A stretch of 61,717 nt of DNA, filler included, from Diploschistes diacapsis (GCA_023645945.1; 6 parts of 6 records of this genome joined end to end with filler, not necessarily neighbours in it); one strand, 5' to 3'; positions 1 through 13,700 are shown, counted from the whole stretch's first letter. Notes: a model not told the origin generated them from the sequence alone. Numbers and translations are program-made.

Positions 1-122
1 AGGGAGGTTTGGGGGAGGGAGGTTTTCTTTTTTTGGAAGTCATGTTGATTGCGATGAGGGTAATGCTCGAGCTTCTGGTTTCGGTTACGCTTATAGGAAC
101 GAATGTATAATCGTGCGTGAGT

Positions 123-3100
123 TTACATGTAATCCACGAGCTCGCCCAACATCAGGCGCTGGTACTGGTCCACCACCTCCTGAGTCCTCACAAGCACACC
201 CGCCGCAAGCACTCTAATCTTGTCGTCTTCTTGGCTTCCAGAGCCCAAGTTCTCGAGCACCTGCTGCACCCAGGCCCGAGTTTCCAGTAACTCCCTCGAG
301 TGGTCCTCCGCGATCCTGCGCTGGTCATTACCGTTGATGTCGAGGACCGTAAGAAAGGCAAACAGCAAAGCCTCGAGGACCGGCTTCGCTGCAAGTGCAG
401 CAGTTCTGACAGACAGAAGCAGCGCCCAGAACTCGACTGTCATGGCGGGCAAAGACAGCGTGTTGGCGCCAGATGCCGAGAGAATCAAAGCTATCGTCTT
501 GAGAAAGTGTGCCTGGAGGAAAGACGTCTGGAAGACACTATTGGGCCCGTAGACTTGTAAACTCGTGCGCCAACGGCCTGTCAAGGGGTAAAAGAAGCCA
601 TCAGCTACTATCTTTGCCAATTCATTGGTGATAGGTCGCTTGCGCTTCTTCTCCACTTCCATGCGCGATGAGAAGGTGCGTGTCTTCAGCACGTTGGGTC
701 CTGTCAACTTGTCCGCTGCTTCGGCAGCCATGGGCTTGATCATCGTTCGCTCAAGCTGCTGCGAGAGGGCGTTGACGGGAGCGGCGTCGATCCGATACGC
801 GCGGTCATATTTATCGGGTAACTTTTTGGAAGGGAAGAGCTGCTCGTTCGCGACGTATGCTCCCGTCAGTTCAGCGTCTTCCTCTCTGTAACCGGCCAGC
901 TCTCTGGCGGCCATGGTTAAAGCTGTTAGCATTGAAGCTCGTTGGCTCATGGAGTAATCACCGCTGAAGAGCATGCTGGAGAACCACTGCCCCATCTTTA
1001 CTGGTTGAGCAACTACGAGGGCGACCATGGCTTGTATACGCATCTCCTGGAATTTATCCAGGTCATACTGGTCCTGCAGGCCTGTGATTTGCGACGCAAG
1101 CTGCTCGATATGTTCCGTGACTTCGCTACCGAATCTTGACTTGCGCCGGATCAGACTCGCAGCCGTTGAAATTGATAGTTTGTGCCGGTCATAGTTCTCT
1201 GAATCTCGGAGGCCAGTGATCAGATCCCGAATGTACACCGGCGCAACGGGTTTGTTCCTTTGAATCAGCGTAGGGTCTTCCTCCTCGTCCTCTTGATCGG
1301 AGTCCGGTTTCGCATAGATAGGAAGGTTGTCATCACTGCTATCTGTGTTATTGTCTGATTCATCAGTAATCTCCGTGATTTCAACAATCTTTGAGCTTGA
1401 AGGTGCTTTCTTGTTTTGCTCAGGCTTCTTTGAAGGTTTTTGGATGGGCTTCAACGTCGCCTTGGATTTGGCAGGGACCAAGTCGTCCATTGAACCTACT
1501 GCATCTTCGACATGTACCAAGTTGCGGTACCATTTGCCTTCATCGGAATCGACACCTTCGACACCAAAATTCAACTTTTTCGCTGGAGCATCCACTCGCT
1601 CAGAAACGGCCATACCGAATACCAATCCCAGAAACCTCGCTCTATCCGAAGTAGCAGCTAAGCGATTTGAGACCGCATTCAGATAAGGGCTGGACTTTGA
1701 TAGCTCTTGTATAGAATGTCTGTTGGTTTTGAGCATCCAGCCTACAGCAATGAGAAGATCCTGGGTGCACACTAAAACTGTTAGATTCAACCGAGAAGGG
1801 AAAGGATCTCGCACCTTCTTGATTTAGGACGGGGGCATGCTGTATGAAGAGCTTGTCACCAAACTGGTCCAAAAGCTGTTTAAGGACTTGCTCGCCATGG
1901 TTAGAACCAGTTTTTCGTCCATCCATAACAGAATCGGAATCCATGCTGCTCTTAGCACTGAAAACAACGGTCAGTACAGCACGTCGAACACCGAGTTCGG
2001 CTCCAGCAACTCCTGAGACACCACTGGTAAGCCAGTCAACAAGGTAGTTCTGGAGGACCGTATCGTTCTGAGTTAACTGCTCTAGTGCATATGCCATTCC
2101 GCGAATCAGACGTTCTTGGTTCGAATCAGTGGTAGACATTAAGCGTTTGGACATCAATCTAAGGATGATTGATAAGACTTTGGTCTTCTCGAAGGCAGAG
2201 AAACTGGTAAAGAGACTCAAAGCTATGCGCATGCCATTCCGATCCCCATTGAGCATTCCGGATAAAGCAGCCTCCACGATATGATCTTTACCCTCTTAGA
2301 CCATGATAGTCGCTGAATGAGTTTCCACTTACCGTGACCAAGCGATATGCCTTTAACCAGAAGTGACGCGCCTATCTTCCACGTATCTGTATCGGCCTCC
2401 TTGAGTTCTTCGAGAAAGCTCCTGATATTCTCCCCTAGCCAGCTTGCATAAATCTTACCTTCGCCGAGCCAGTTGAATTCGGCCTCTTCTCCTCGATTAA
2501 AGTCGCAGAAGCTGAGGGCTTCTGCTGCTAAGGAAAGCACTTTGCCTGATGTCAATTGAGACACGAGCTCTTTCGCTAGTAAATGGCGCTGTATGGGCTT
2601 TACGACGCCACTCTCGATATCCTGCCATAGCTTCTGAAACGTGCCACTACCCCGTAAGGTGAAATGGAGTACTTCTAGGACGTCTCGAACATCGTCTTTG
2701 ATCCTTTCTTTGGGAATCTTAGGTTTGACATCCCTCTCCTGTTTACCAGCGTCGAGCGAGATCCGGAGCCTTGCGCAAAGTGCACCGACCCCGGCAATGC
2801 TAGTTAACAATCTAACAAGACTTTTGCGTTCCTTCGCATAATCCGTCTTAGATTCCCCATTTAGTAATCGCCAGAAGTTGGGAATGGTCTCGTTGACGAG
2901 CACACTCAAAAGCCGTGTTGCTTGCGGTCCAGGAACTTTGATGCTGAGTCCTGCTGGCGGAAATTGTAGCCATCTCAAGCATGCTTGTAATGTCTTGAAC
3001 GAAGGCTTAGATTGTAAAGCCTTCAGAATACCTTGCCATGAATCGAGCTGTACTTCAGGCTCTGACTCTTGAATGAGCGGCGACTTGGACTTTATCGTAG

Positions 3101-3164
3101 GTGTAATGTGCTCGGTTTGATCGGAAACCCACCGCGTACTTGAAACCTTCAATAGATCATCCAT
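123..3164 (-). CDS. TEL2: Telomere length regulation protein Tel2 (TTT complex); 3 exons, introns 2286-2332 and 1772-1814
   Basis: Three overlapping minus-strand ORFs join in frame via GT-AG introns. The C-terminal part has the fungal Tel2 pattern (acidic linker, PVYIRDLITGLRDSENYDR, LIRRKSRFGSEV). Confidence 0.85.
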
Positions 3165-3331
3165 TTTATCTAACAGGTGTGATGAGATATAACATGTCCG
3201 TTAAGTCTAATGGTCCTTCTGACTGTAATTGTGTGGCATTACGCATGACTTGAAGTTTCGAAGTATTTGTTCTACAATGTTGTTAAGTTGTCTGTGTATG
3301 AAATTCGAGATTCCCTTTGGCTTCCCAAAAC

Positions 3332-4833
3332 ATGAAGATGGCGGAAGCCAGTAGTTTAGGAGGCCACAGTGGTGTAGCCACTTCTCGCAAAAGATGGTGA
3401 ATCTAGCTTCTGTTCCAGGCTTCTACCTATGTATGTGTTAACTTGTTTGAAGGACGTATCTGGACCGAGTTTTGACGAGGTCGGGTCCCTTCGCAGACCC
3501 CGACTGGGTGCCTGGAGAAGAGACAATTTTCATGCTTGAATCGGCTAAGGTCTTGTAAGTAGACTCTCTAGCATAAAAAGAGCCTTACTGACTGTGTATA
3601 GGGTAATGTTAGTTCTATCACGTCCGCGGATATGATAAAGGCTGATAGAGCATAGAGGAGCTGGTGGCTTAGGATGCGAGATTCTAAAGAACCTTGCCCT
3701 ATCTGGTTTCAAAGATATTCATGTAATTGATATGGGTAGGTACGCCTCATCACTTGAAAGCTTTTACTGAAACTCTAGATACCATCGATGTCTCAAACCT
3801 GAACCGTCAGTTCCTCTTTCGAGAAGCAGACGTCGGCAAGTCCAAAGCCGAAGTCGCGGCCGCCTTTGTAGAGAAACGTGTCAAGGGCGTCAAGATTACG
3901 CCCTACAATGGCAAAATCCAGGACAAAGGCGAGGACTACTACATGCAGTTCCGCCTCGTGGTCTGTGGACTGGACAGCATCGAGGCGCGGCGGTGGATCA
4001 ACGCCACGCTCGTCGACATGATAGACCCAGAGAACCCCGAGTCACTCAAGCCCCTTATAGATGGCGGGACGGAGGGCTTCAAAGGCCAGGCCCGAGTTAT
4101 CCTACCCACACTATCTTCCTGCATCGAGTGCCAGCTCGACATGCACGCCCCTCGTCCCGCCGTACCCCTCTGCACACTCGCCACCATCCCACGGCAGCCC
4201 CAGCATTGCATCGAATGGGCGCACATCATCGCCTGGGAGGAGCATCGCAAGGACGACATGCTCGACACCGACAATCCGGAGCACATCACCTGGCTGTACG
4301 AAAAGTCTCTCGCGCGGGCCCAAGAATTCAACATCACGGGCGTCACGTACTCGCTCACGCAGGGCGTCGTCAAGAACATCATCCCCGCCATCGCCTCGAC
4401 GAACGCCATCATCGCGGCCAGCTGCTGCAACGAGGCGCTCAAGATCCTGACGAGCTGCAACCCGTTCCTGACGAACTACATGATGTACAGCGGCGACGAC
4501 GGCGTCTACACGTATACCTTCCAGCACGAGAAGAAGGACGACTGCCCCGTGTGCGGGAACCTCGCGCGGGACCTGGACATCGATCCGGACTCGACGCTAG
4601 AGGACTTCATTGCTAGTTTGGCGGAGAGGCCGGAGGCGCAGCTGAAGAAGCCGTCGCTTACGAGGGGCGAAGGGGGGTCGCTGTATGTGCAGTTTCCGCC
4701 GCAGTTAGAGGAGCATACGAGGCCGAATCTGTCAAAGAAGATAAGGGATCTGGTAAGTGACGGGGAGGAGATTGGGGTGACGGATCCGGCGTTCATGATT
4801 CCGTTCAAGTTCAAGTTACGGTTTAGGGAATGA
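3332..4833 (+). CDS. UBA3: NEDD8-activating enzyme E1 catalytic subunit; introns 3397-3452, 3555-3601, 3608-3655, 3736-3778
   Basis: Spliced product gives [37 protein letters not shown] and the catalytic [19 protein letters not shown]. Start could be ATG 3332 or 3338. Confidence 0.93.
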
Positions 4834-5068
4834 AATATTGGAACAAGCGAGCACAGAGACCCGAGTAGAATAATACGACAACGAACAAAGTCGAGGGACT
4901 CTGTGGCGATAGGTCAATCTGGTGAGAAACACCTAACTATATGAATTGGTCTCAATGGGTTCTTCTAGGAGTGCTACAGCCTTAGCAGAACAAGACCTAA
5001 TACGAATATTTACAGATGCACTCTTCATAAGGCTGATCGGAACAAAAGAAGGAAAGCATGCAGTGATT

Positions 5069-6577
5069 TCACCGGTCAACCTCACCAAACACCAAATCCA
5101 TCGTACCTAAACCAAAATTAGTGAAATTCGACGTGTAGCATGATAATAGGATTTACCAATGATTGCTACAGCATCTGCCAGCAAATGCCCTCTCGATATC
5201 TGATCAAAGCTTCCCAAATGGGCGAACCCTGGAGCTCGAATCTTACAACGGTAAGGTCTCTCGCTTCCATCACTCACCACGAAGACGCCCATCTCTCCCT
5301 TTGGCGCTTCGATTGCAGAGTAAGTCTCTCCGGGTGGAACACTATAACCCTTTGTAAACAATAGGAAATGATGGATCAGGGCCTCCATGTTCTCTTTCAT
5401 GGCAGCGCGGGGTGGCGGCGAGACCTTGTAGTCTTCAACGCGTACCGGACCTTCCGGTATCTTATTTAAACATTGGTGGATGATCCGCAGACTCTGTCGG
5501 AACTCCTCCATCCGGCAAAGATACCGATCGTAGCAGTCACCGTTCACTCCAACGGGCACATCGAACTCAACCTGATCATAAGCATCGTAAGGTTGGCTCT
5601 TTCGAATGTCCCATGGAACACCAGATCCCCGCAACATGACGCCCGAGAAGGAGTAGTTGAGAGCTTCTGCCGCAGATACCACGCCAACCCCCTTTGTCCG
5701 GCCTATCCAGATTCGGTTGTCTGTGAGCAGCTCTTCCGTTTCGTCAATACGATCGCCGAACTGGGTAGCCCACTGATAGATGTCGTCGAGCAACCCTAGC
5801 GGAAGATCTTGATGAACACCACCAGGCCGCACATAGGCTGCGTGTAACCGGGCACCAGAGACTCGTTCGTAGAATTCCTAAGAAATGATTAGACGAAGCA
5901 TTGAGCATCCTTCACAAACATACCATAAGCTTCTCACGTTCCTCGAAACCCCAGAGGAAAGGAGTGAGGGCTCCCACGTCCATGGCATGCGACAAGACTG
6001 ACATTAGGTGATTCAGTATTCGTGTAATCTCTCCAAATAGGGTTCTTATCCACTTTGCTCGCTCCGGGATTTCGATATTGAGCAACTTCTCCACTGCTAG
6101 AGAGAAGCACTGTTCGTTGGTCATCATCGAAACATAATCCAGCCGGTCAAAGTACGGTAGTGCTTGTAGGTAGGTCTTGTATTCGATCAATTTCTCTGTG
6201 CCTCGGTGTAGTAAACCGACGTGGGGATCAGCTCGAATGATTTCCTCGCCATTGAGTTCCAGAATCAGCCTCAGCACTCCGTGAGCGGCTGGGTGTTGGG
6301 GACCAAAGTTAACGGTGTAATGTCTAATCTTCCGGTTTTCAGCACTCGAGCCCTCTTCAGGCGTCATATTGGTGTGCTGTAAGTCGTCCTTATCATCTTT
6401 TTGCGCAAAATTCTCGTCGGTGGGGATCAGGCGTGTTCCCTCTCCTGTTGGCGTTGCATAGTGGCGAGGTAGGGAGGTTCCGATTGAGCGAGCTTGAAAA
6501 GATGGTCTGGGGGTCGCCGGCCTAACACATAATCGCTTCGCAGTATTGCTCGCTAGACGCACGAAGGAGGGGACCAT
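5069..6577 (-). CDS. NDUFS2: NADH:ubiquinone oxidoreductase 49 kDa subunit (complex I); introns 5878-5923, 5107-5156
   Basis: [32 protein letters not shown] and C-terminal [12 protein letters not shown]. Arg-rich N-terminal presequence from ATG 6577. Confidence 0.96.
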
Positions 6578-6794
6578 TATGGGGAAATTGAGGTGCAACA
6601 CGATGTGGTGTCGTGGAAGTGGGAGGAAATGTTGATATGGAGTTCGACGAGATGTGGTGACGAGATAGTTTATGCGATTTCTGATTGGTTGAGACAATCT
6701 GAGCTCTGGCGGAGCTTTTCTGCGCTCCCACAAAACAGTCTCATCCCACCAAGGCTTTTTTTTGGGGAGGAGAGCAACAATACCTTAGTTACGA

Positions 6795-8021
6795 ATGGCA
6801 CCAGGACGCTTGCACAAGCCATCCCAAGCTGATATTGATCACCGAAAGGTTCTCACTCTATTGTAGAAAGCTAGTACAGATACTAATTGACTGAAGATCG
6901 TTGGCGTAAATCCTGAGACAGTAACACATACCTCGTCCATAGACTTTCCAGGCCATTACCCTGGCGAGGATCAAGCTTGGGACTTGGAGGAATTCAAGCA
7001 GGTATCATAGTTTGTTTGCGATGAACCTTACTTGATGCTTACGCTCTGCCAGTCGTTTCATATCAAATTTCATCTAAACGAGAAATACGATGCTTCATTC
7101 TCACTCATCGGCATCGATGCGTCTATCGCTAATGCTTTCCGTCGCATACTGCTCGCCGAAGTACCAACTTTCGCCATAGAAACCGTCTTTGTGCAGAACA
7201 ACACATCAATAGTCCAGGATGAGGTCCTCGCGCAGCGACTAGGACTGATACCCCTTACGGGCAATCCAGAGGGCTTCAGGAAGATGGATTGGTGGCGTCC
7301 GATTGAGGACCAGCCAGATGAGCCCAACATCAATAGTCGAAACACTTTGGTGTTGAAGCTGCAAGCCGAGTGCACAAAGAACGCAGAAGCAGCGGAGGAC
7401 GAGGAAGACCCCCTGATACTTTATCACAATGCGCACATATATGCCAAAGACCTCGTTTTTCACCCGGTCGGAGAGCAGCAAGAGTGGTTTTCCGAACAGA
7501 ATGGTCCTATACGGGCATTCAACCCTGATATCCTAATAGCCAAAATGCGACCCGGTCAGGAGATTGACGTTCAAATACACTGCCGCAAGGGCATCGGGGG
7601 AGACCATGCCAAGTTCTCTCCGGTCGCGACTGCGAGCTATCGGCTGCTTCCCCTCATTCAAATCACTAAGCCCATTTTTGATGCGGAGGCAAAGAAATTT
7701 GCAAGGTGTTTTCCACGAGGGGTTATCGCAATCGAGACCGTCACTGAGGATGATTGCTTGAAAGACAAATCATGGCGGGATCATATAGGAAAGCAGAGAG
7801 CTGTGGTCCGGAATGCGTTCAAGGACACAGTGTCTCGGGAATGCCTGCGTCATGAGGAGTTCCAGGGCAAGGTCAAACTTGGGAGGGTCAGGGACCATTT
7901 CATCTTTAGCGTGGAGAGCACTGGGCAGTTCGAGAGTGATGTCCTTTTCCTAGAGAGCGTGCGGGTGATGAAAGCCAAGGTTTCTGCGCTGAGGCGAGAT
8001 CTGCGAGCAATCGTTGGTTAA
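6795..8021 (+). CDS. RPC40: RNA polymerase I/III subunit AC40; introns about 6849-6896 and 7002-7052
   Basis: DFPGHYPGED, IDASIANAFRRILLAEVP, NNTSIVQDEVLAQRLGLIP, DHAKFSPVATASYRLLP, DHFIFSVESTG. Confidence 0.95.
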
Positions 8022-8839
8022 AGAGGAGCATAGAATATTGGTAGCATTGCGAGGAGTTTCTGGCTTGAATTGGGCCGAGATACCCCCATCAGCGTACATT
8101 GGCGGACATGGCGGACTCTTGGTGCAACTTGAAACCTTGTGTTTATCTATTTAACCTTTCACTTGTGAGCGCTTGACTTGACTTTGATATTAACAAAGAT
8201 TGGCCGTTGAGAAGCCGGTGCATCCTCCGCTCCTAATGCTCAACGTCCTTCTGTTTTGGGTACGTAGTATCTTTCTTGTACGTAAAAATGAACTCCAATG
8301 GGCCGACGGAATGAACAACATACATACTTATTCATGCCCATACATATACATACCTACTGCAAGCTTACCTGCAAAGTACTATATAAACACAAAAAAAGTC
8401 CGGAGGTATCTCCGCAGAGAGTTTCACCCCAATCACCACCCATTCTTGCTATCTGGCTCTGTCCTCTACTTAACCAGACTGACGATTGTTTCATTCTACC
8501 ACAACATTAGACTGATCAAGGCAGCTGAGTTACAAGGTAGCTACTGTCTTAGGATTGTTTGTACGCGGGTTCTTTAACGCTCGTTGCACAAGCTGCGCAA
8601 GAGTGACGCCATATTTTTCATTCTCCCCTATAACTTGAAGCTTTTCATTGTACCTGCTAGACTCTTGTCTAACAGCTCTGTTTTCTACAACGGGGACGAC
8701 TTTATTGTTTTTCTCTATACCGTTGACTGCATCAGTACCGATTCGCTCTCTCTATAGCAAATACTGTAGTTCAAAACCTCACTTGTGCCATGGCACCTAT
8801 TGTCAAGAAGTTGGGATAAAGGACTACACAACTTCAAGA

Positions 8840-10093
8840 ATGAGTCTCCTGGATCTCCTCGCTGGCCTTCTTTCTAGAGCCACGTCCTGGATTCTTTTCT
8901 TCCTCCGACCCCTGCTCAATCCCTTTCTTGGTGACCAACCCGTCATGGCCCGTTTCAGCAACCCCATGACATCAAACGAGCGCGGTTCTTCGGAAACGAA
9001 GACTAAAGCGAGTGAGACTCAACTATCCAATAACCCTTCTCGCTCCGACTCCTCCGCTCAAGCACCTTTGAAGCCCGCCATCATCGACGTCCTTCTCACC
9101 CGAGAGCTCATCCTCAAAGCCTCGTCCCACAGCCTCCCCATAGACCTTATAGACCAGATCCTTGACGACGCTGAATACTGGCGGCACATATCCGGATCCA
9201 AACATAACACAATCGTCGCCCGCGGCAACACGGATTACGCAGACGTCCTCATCATCCGTACGCCTCCCATCTGCGCCCTCGCCACTTTTGGGTGCGACCG
9301 AGACTCTCTCGGCCTACCCGAACCCACCCGCCTCCACCCAGCAAGAAAAATTGTGTTCACGATCCGCAGCCACGACCAGGGCTGGTCCGGCGAGCCGCCT
9401 GAAACAAAAGGCACGTACAGGAACAGCCACACGTGGTTCGACGCGCAAATAGACAAGCAGTTCCGACCCATGCCGGGTGAGGGCGACAGCATAAGTGACG
9501 TGCCATGGGACCTGAGCAGCGTGCGCTTCCTCGAGGCCTGGCCGGGCCATCGACACCAGGTGGATGAGGAAGAAGAAATCGCGCAGGCGCGGGGCGAAGG
9601 CGAGGTCGATGCCAATGAAAACCCGAGCGCTTCGCAAGACCATGCAGCTGCTGGCAAGGTAGCGGGAGCAAGCACCGAGTCAACGGCAGCGGTGCAGAAT
9701 TCTGAAGCTCTTAACGCCGGTGCCGCAATAGTGACCTCGTCCACTGGAATCAGCTCGCCATCCGCTGCCGTGCGGGACAAAGAAATGACCAGCCCGCGGC
9801 TCTTTTCCCCCGCCTACCTTCGGACGCACCCGTACCAGGTTCAGCACAATGTGCAATCCCGGCGCCAGACCAAGGAGCACCAGATTGTATGGCGGTGGAC
9901 GGACTGCTCGCCACCGGAGGGCCCCGAGGCGGAGGCCTTGGAAAGCGCGGGCAGGGGTAAAGCGACGGGGGATGGGAGGTTCGTTAGAGAGCTGAGACTA
10001 GGGGATTGTGTGAGTTTGTGGGGGAAGGCGAGATATCCACAGTGGGAGAATAGGGTGGAGGGGGCTGAGGTGGAGATCTACTTTGCGTTGTAG
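8840..10093 (+). CDS. Fungal hypothetical protein with F-box-like motif
   Basis: Long uninterrupted ORF with LPIDLIDQILDDAEYW (F-box-like), RKIVFTIRSHDQGW and WGKARYPQWENRV. Start ATG 8840 or 8945 uncertain. Confidence 0.65.
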   Translation: MSLLDLLAGLLSRATSWILFFLRPLLNPFLGDQPVMARFSNPMTSNERGSSETKTKASETQLSNNPSRSDSSAQAPLKPAIIDVLLTRELILKASSHSLPIDLIDQILDDAEYWRHISGSKHNTIVARGNTDYADVLIIRTPPICALATFGCDRDSLGLPEPTRLHPARKIVFTIRSHDQGWSGEPPETKGTYRNSHTWFDAQIDKQFRPMPGEGDSISDVPWDLSSVRFLEAWPGHRHQVDEEEEIAQARGEGEVDANENPSASQDHAAAGKVAGASTESTAAVQNSEALNAGAAIVTSSTGISSPSAAVRDKEMTSPRLFSPAYLRTHPYQVQHNVQSRRQTKEHQIVWRWTDCSPPEGPEAEALESAGRGKATGDGRFVRELRLGDCVSLWGKARYPQWENRVEGAEVEIYFAL

Positions 10094-10835
10094 GTTTGAC
10101 GAGGAGGGGGGAAGTAAGGAAAGAAGGAAGCAAGTAAAGAAGGGAAGAAAAGAAGAGGACTAGAATGAAGGAAGGAAAGCAAAATAGAGGGGGAGTATGC
10201 TGTGCCTGCTTACTTGCTTACTTGCTTGCTCGCTGGCTCCACGACTTTATACTACAGAGATAATCAACATGTGGTGGCTACAACACTGCATGCTTGGAGC
10301 CGTGAGCTTGCTTCTGGAGCTTCGGAAGCTTTTTGGAAAGAAGGAACACCGGAGGTGTGGCTGGGTGGGGTTCTGCTACCTACAAGGGTACCCCAAGTTC
10401 GCAAGCACTTTTACGAGCGTTATCATTATGATTGAGCTGTGTGACGGGGCATAACAGAAGCACATTTCGCTTTAAGCGCCCAGGCCTTCCTCGTTTCGAA
10501 AACTTGCTCGCTTCGAGGGCTTGAATACTTTTGAGAGCGTATGTTATGTGCATCGATTCAATACAGCTTGAACGGAGCCTCTGCGACAACATCACTCAAT
10601 GAACAGAATAGAAAGTCCGATTCACAATGTTTCAACGCTTGCATTCCGCACCCATCCGGCGAAATACAAGACATGTAGATCCAAAGCCAAGAAATGCCGC
10701 GTGGTGCCACTTGCCTACCTGTACAATCTAGCAGAAACCCCAAGGAAACATGTACAGTGTGCCGCTGAATTTGTCCACCACCTACAGTTTGACATCTCTT
10801 GACCCATTGCCATTATACCCAGAAACAGAATTCCT

Positions 10836-13003
10836 TTAGTACTCGAGGCTGGGCTGCTGGCCCTGCACGCGGCCGATGACAATCTGCGCCGCATACTTGG
10901 GAATGACTTCGTCGTCATGGAGCATTTCGAATTCTGCCAGACCTTGTTAGCCACCACTGCCAATACATCAACACCCAGAAAATAAAAGCATACCTTCAGT
11001 AGCGTCCCGGCCCATGTGCGAGAATAGCGCCTGCGGGCCACCCGGATGCTCGTCCAGCCAGTTGGTGACGTCCAGCACGACGCCCTTGACGACGATCCAC
11101 AGGTCGTCCTTCTTGTTGTGCTTCTTCACCTCTTCCATGCTGAACTCCTTCTCCGGCACCTTGAACTCGCTGATGTCGTTTGGCTTCGACACCTTGCCCG
11201 GGTCCTTGCTGTCGGCGTCGTCGCCCTTCATCACAGGGGCAGAAGAGCGCTGAGATTGCTCGTGGATCTGAGAGGCACCGGAAACATTGTTAGAGCGGCC
11301 GCCTTGGGCCCACTCGACCGAGATCTTGCCGGGTGTGGAGGGGTCGATATGCAGGGAGATCTGGCCGAGACGCGAAGCGGCGGTGGAGATGCCGCCTGTG
11401 ACGATGTTGCGGAAGAGATACTCGCTAGCAGAATCTCCTGCGACACGACCGTACACCACGCATCCAAGCAGTGACGAGCCACCTAGACGATTCGCGCCGT
11501 GGACACCACCAGCAAGCTCACCACATGCGTAAAGACCGTCGAAAGGCTTCTTCTCAGAGTTCAGCACCTGGGCCTTGTCGTTGATTTCGATACCACCCAT
11601 GGTGAAGTGCAGGACTGGCTCCATGATGGCAACGTGAAAGGTGTCATCAACGCTGAATGGCAGATTGTGGAAGTATTTCTTTCCAAAAGGATCTTTCTTC
11701 TTGCCATCTGCGATATCATTGTAATCCGAGAAAGTCTTGGAAAGCGCAGACTCGCCGCATCCAATCTCTTTCGCGAGCTCCTTGCCGCTCATCTTCTTCA
11801 TCAGGCCTCTGCCAGAGTAGTGGCGTGTATGGAAATCAAGAACATTGGATGCCTTGGAGTTGAGCACCAATCGGATGGGCCAGTTCTTGGCTTCCTTCTG
11901 CTCCCACAGTTTTCCAGATACGTAATCGCGGTGACCTAGTTCGTCTGAGAATCGCTCGCCCTTGGAGTTCAGAAGGAGACCACCTTCGCCACGGAGAGCT
12001 ACGTAGAATAGTCAGGAAAGTTGAATGTTTTGTTTAGTTCGGCGCTCACCTTCAGCAGCCAAGAACTTCCACTTCGATGTTGGGTCCTTGGGGTCGACTA
12101 GACCCGTCGGGTGCACCTGGACCTTGTCAAGGTCAATACCGTTCGCCCCAATCTCCATCAACATCTTCAAGCCATCACCTGTTGCGTGATTACCGTTGGT
12201 TGTGGATAGATTATAGGTATCAGGTCGGTGAGTCTTCAATAAGCCATTTTCGGTGAAGTCCGCAGCGTATCCACCAGTTGCTAGCACAACGACACCGTCC
12301 ACGCTGTGGGTTTCACCATTGAACTCATAGTTAACGCCGGTGACGTTATTGCCGTCTTTCCTTATTGACTTGACCTTGGCCTTCTTGATTACCTGTACCC
12401 GGTCTGGGTCGCTCTCCACAAGCTCTTCAAGGCGCTGCATAAGAGCATAGGTAATGGCCATTCCGGGAAACTTAGCATCGTGCCCACGGTGTGTCCTGGG
12501 CTGAGAGTGACCACTGAGATGAAATGAGCCTATCATTGAAGGATCGGGTTGTAGCTCTTACCCTAACCGCGAGACAAGTGTAAGATCAAGGTTGAACACA
12601 TCTTGCAGCCATTCTACGGCCGATGATGACTTATATGTGAGAACCTTGATTAGGTCTGGTCTCGCCTTGTCTCTCGCTGATTTGATCGTATCGTCGTAGA
12701 ACTGCTTGACGCTATCGCCAATCTTCTCGTCGACCTGTGTCCTGGTCAAGGCTCCGTTGATACCCGAGGTCGCCTTAGTAGAGTTGCCGCCAAAGAAATC
12801 CACAATGATGTTAGCACAGAAAAGGTGACAACAGGTGACAAAAACTCACTGTTCTTGTCCAGTAGCAGGACAGTGCCTCCGTTCAAATATACGGTATGCG
12901 CAGCGCTCAAGCCCGATACTGTCGCGGACTTAGCATGTGAAGCAGAGAAGCGGCAAGAATACTCACGTCCACCGCCGACAACAATCACCCTAGGTGCCGC
13001 CAT
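10836..13003 (-). CDS. Soluble FAD-dependent fumarate reductase (Osm1/Frd1-like) fused to a C-terminal cytochrome b5 domain; 6 exons
   Basis: VIVVGGGLSGLSAA (FAD binding), GGNSTKATSGING, VQVHPTG, LHFTMGG, GGVHGANRLGGSSL and cytb5 heme motif WLDEHPGG. Ends IGRVQGQQPSLEY*. Intron 2 has a non-canonical acceptor (see findings). Confidence 0.92.
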
Positions 13004-13700
13004 GGTGATGAAAGAGGGATATGAATAGGTTCAGCGAGAGGAATAGGATATGGGCTTTCAGAACGGTGGAAGAATGAACGGCGTTGGAAGAGTATTTGAG
13101 AGAACTGACGACAAGATGGACGTTCTCGGAGACATGGGATATGCCTCGGTTACTGCCAGTAGTATATATTGTAGGGGTACTCCCCGCAAACCGCTAACCT
13201 CCATTTACAGCGTCCGTTATTGGCTACGGAGGCTGCTTCATTATACACTATTCTTTCTTCATATTTTGGTTCTAGATCTGGCATCTTGATTCCGTTCACA
13301 TGTACGAAAGAGATGTAATCAACCTGACAGACTACTGTGTCAGGCGGGCCGAGTACAAAACCGCTGTGCACGTTTAACATGTGATTTGTATTTAGTTACT
13401 GCCAGGCAGATACTTCAACCCATACTATAACCGCTGTGGATACTTTTCTTGTTGTCCAAGACATGGCTGAAAATCCTCCAAGAGAGCAGGTGAGAGAACC
13501 GTAACCTGGTAATCATGAGTTAGTACTACTGGCAAAGTTTGTATATAGCATGTGAGGGATACGGCTGATAGAATCTTGACTCGGCAGAATAGATTTTCCT
13601 CACATAGCGCAAAGCGAACTTGAACCGCAGCGCTTACGTCAAAGGCTTTACTCTGCAGTCTTGGTTCACTTCAACAACTTTATCCTGCATCATCAAAAAC

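Noticed and set aside
10836..11160. Fumarate reductase-cytochrome b5 fusion as a novelty
   Set aside because: To my knowledge this architecture is common in filamentous fungi.
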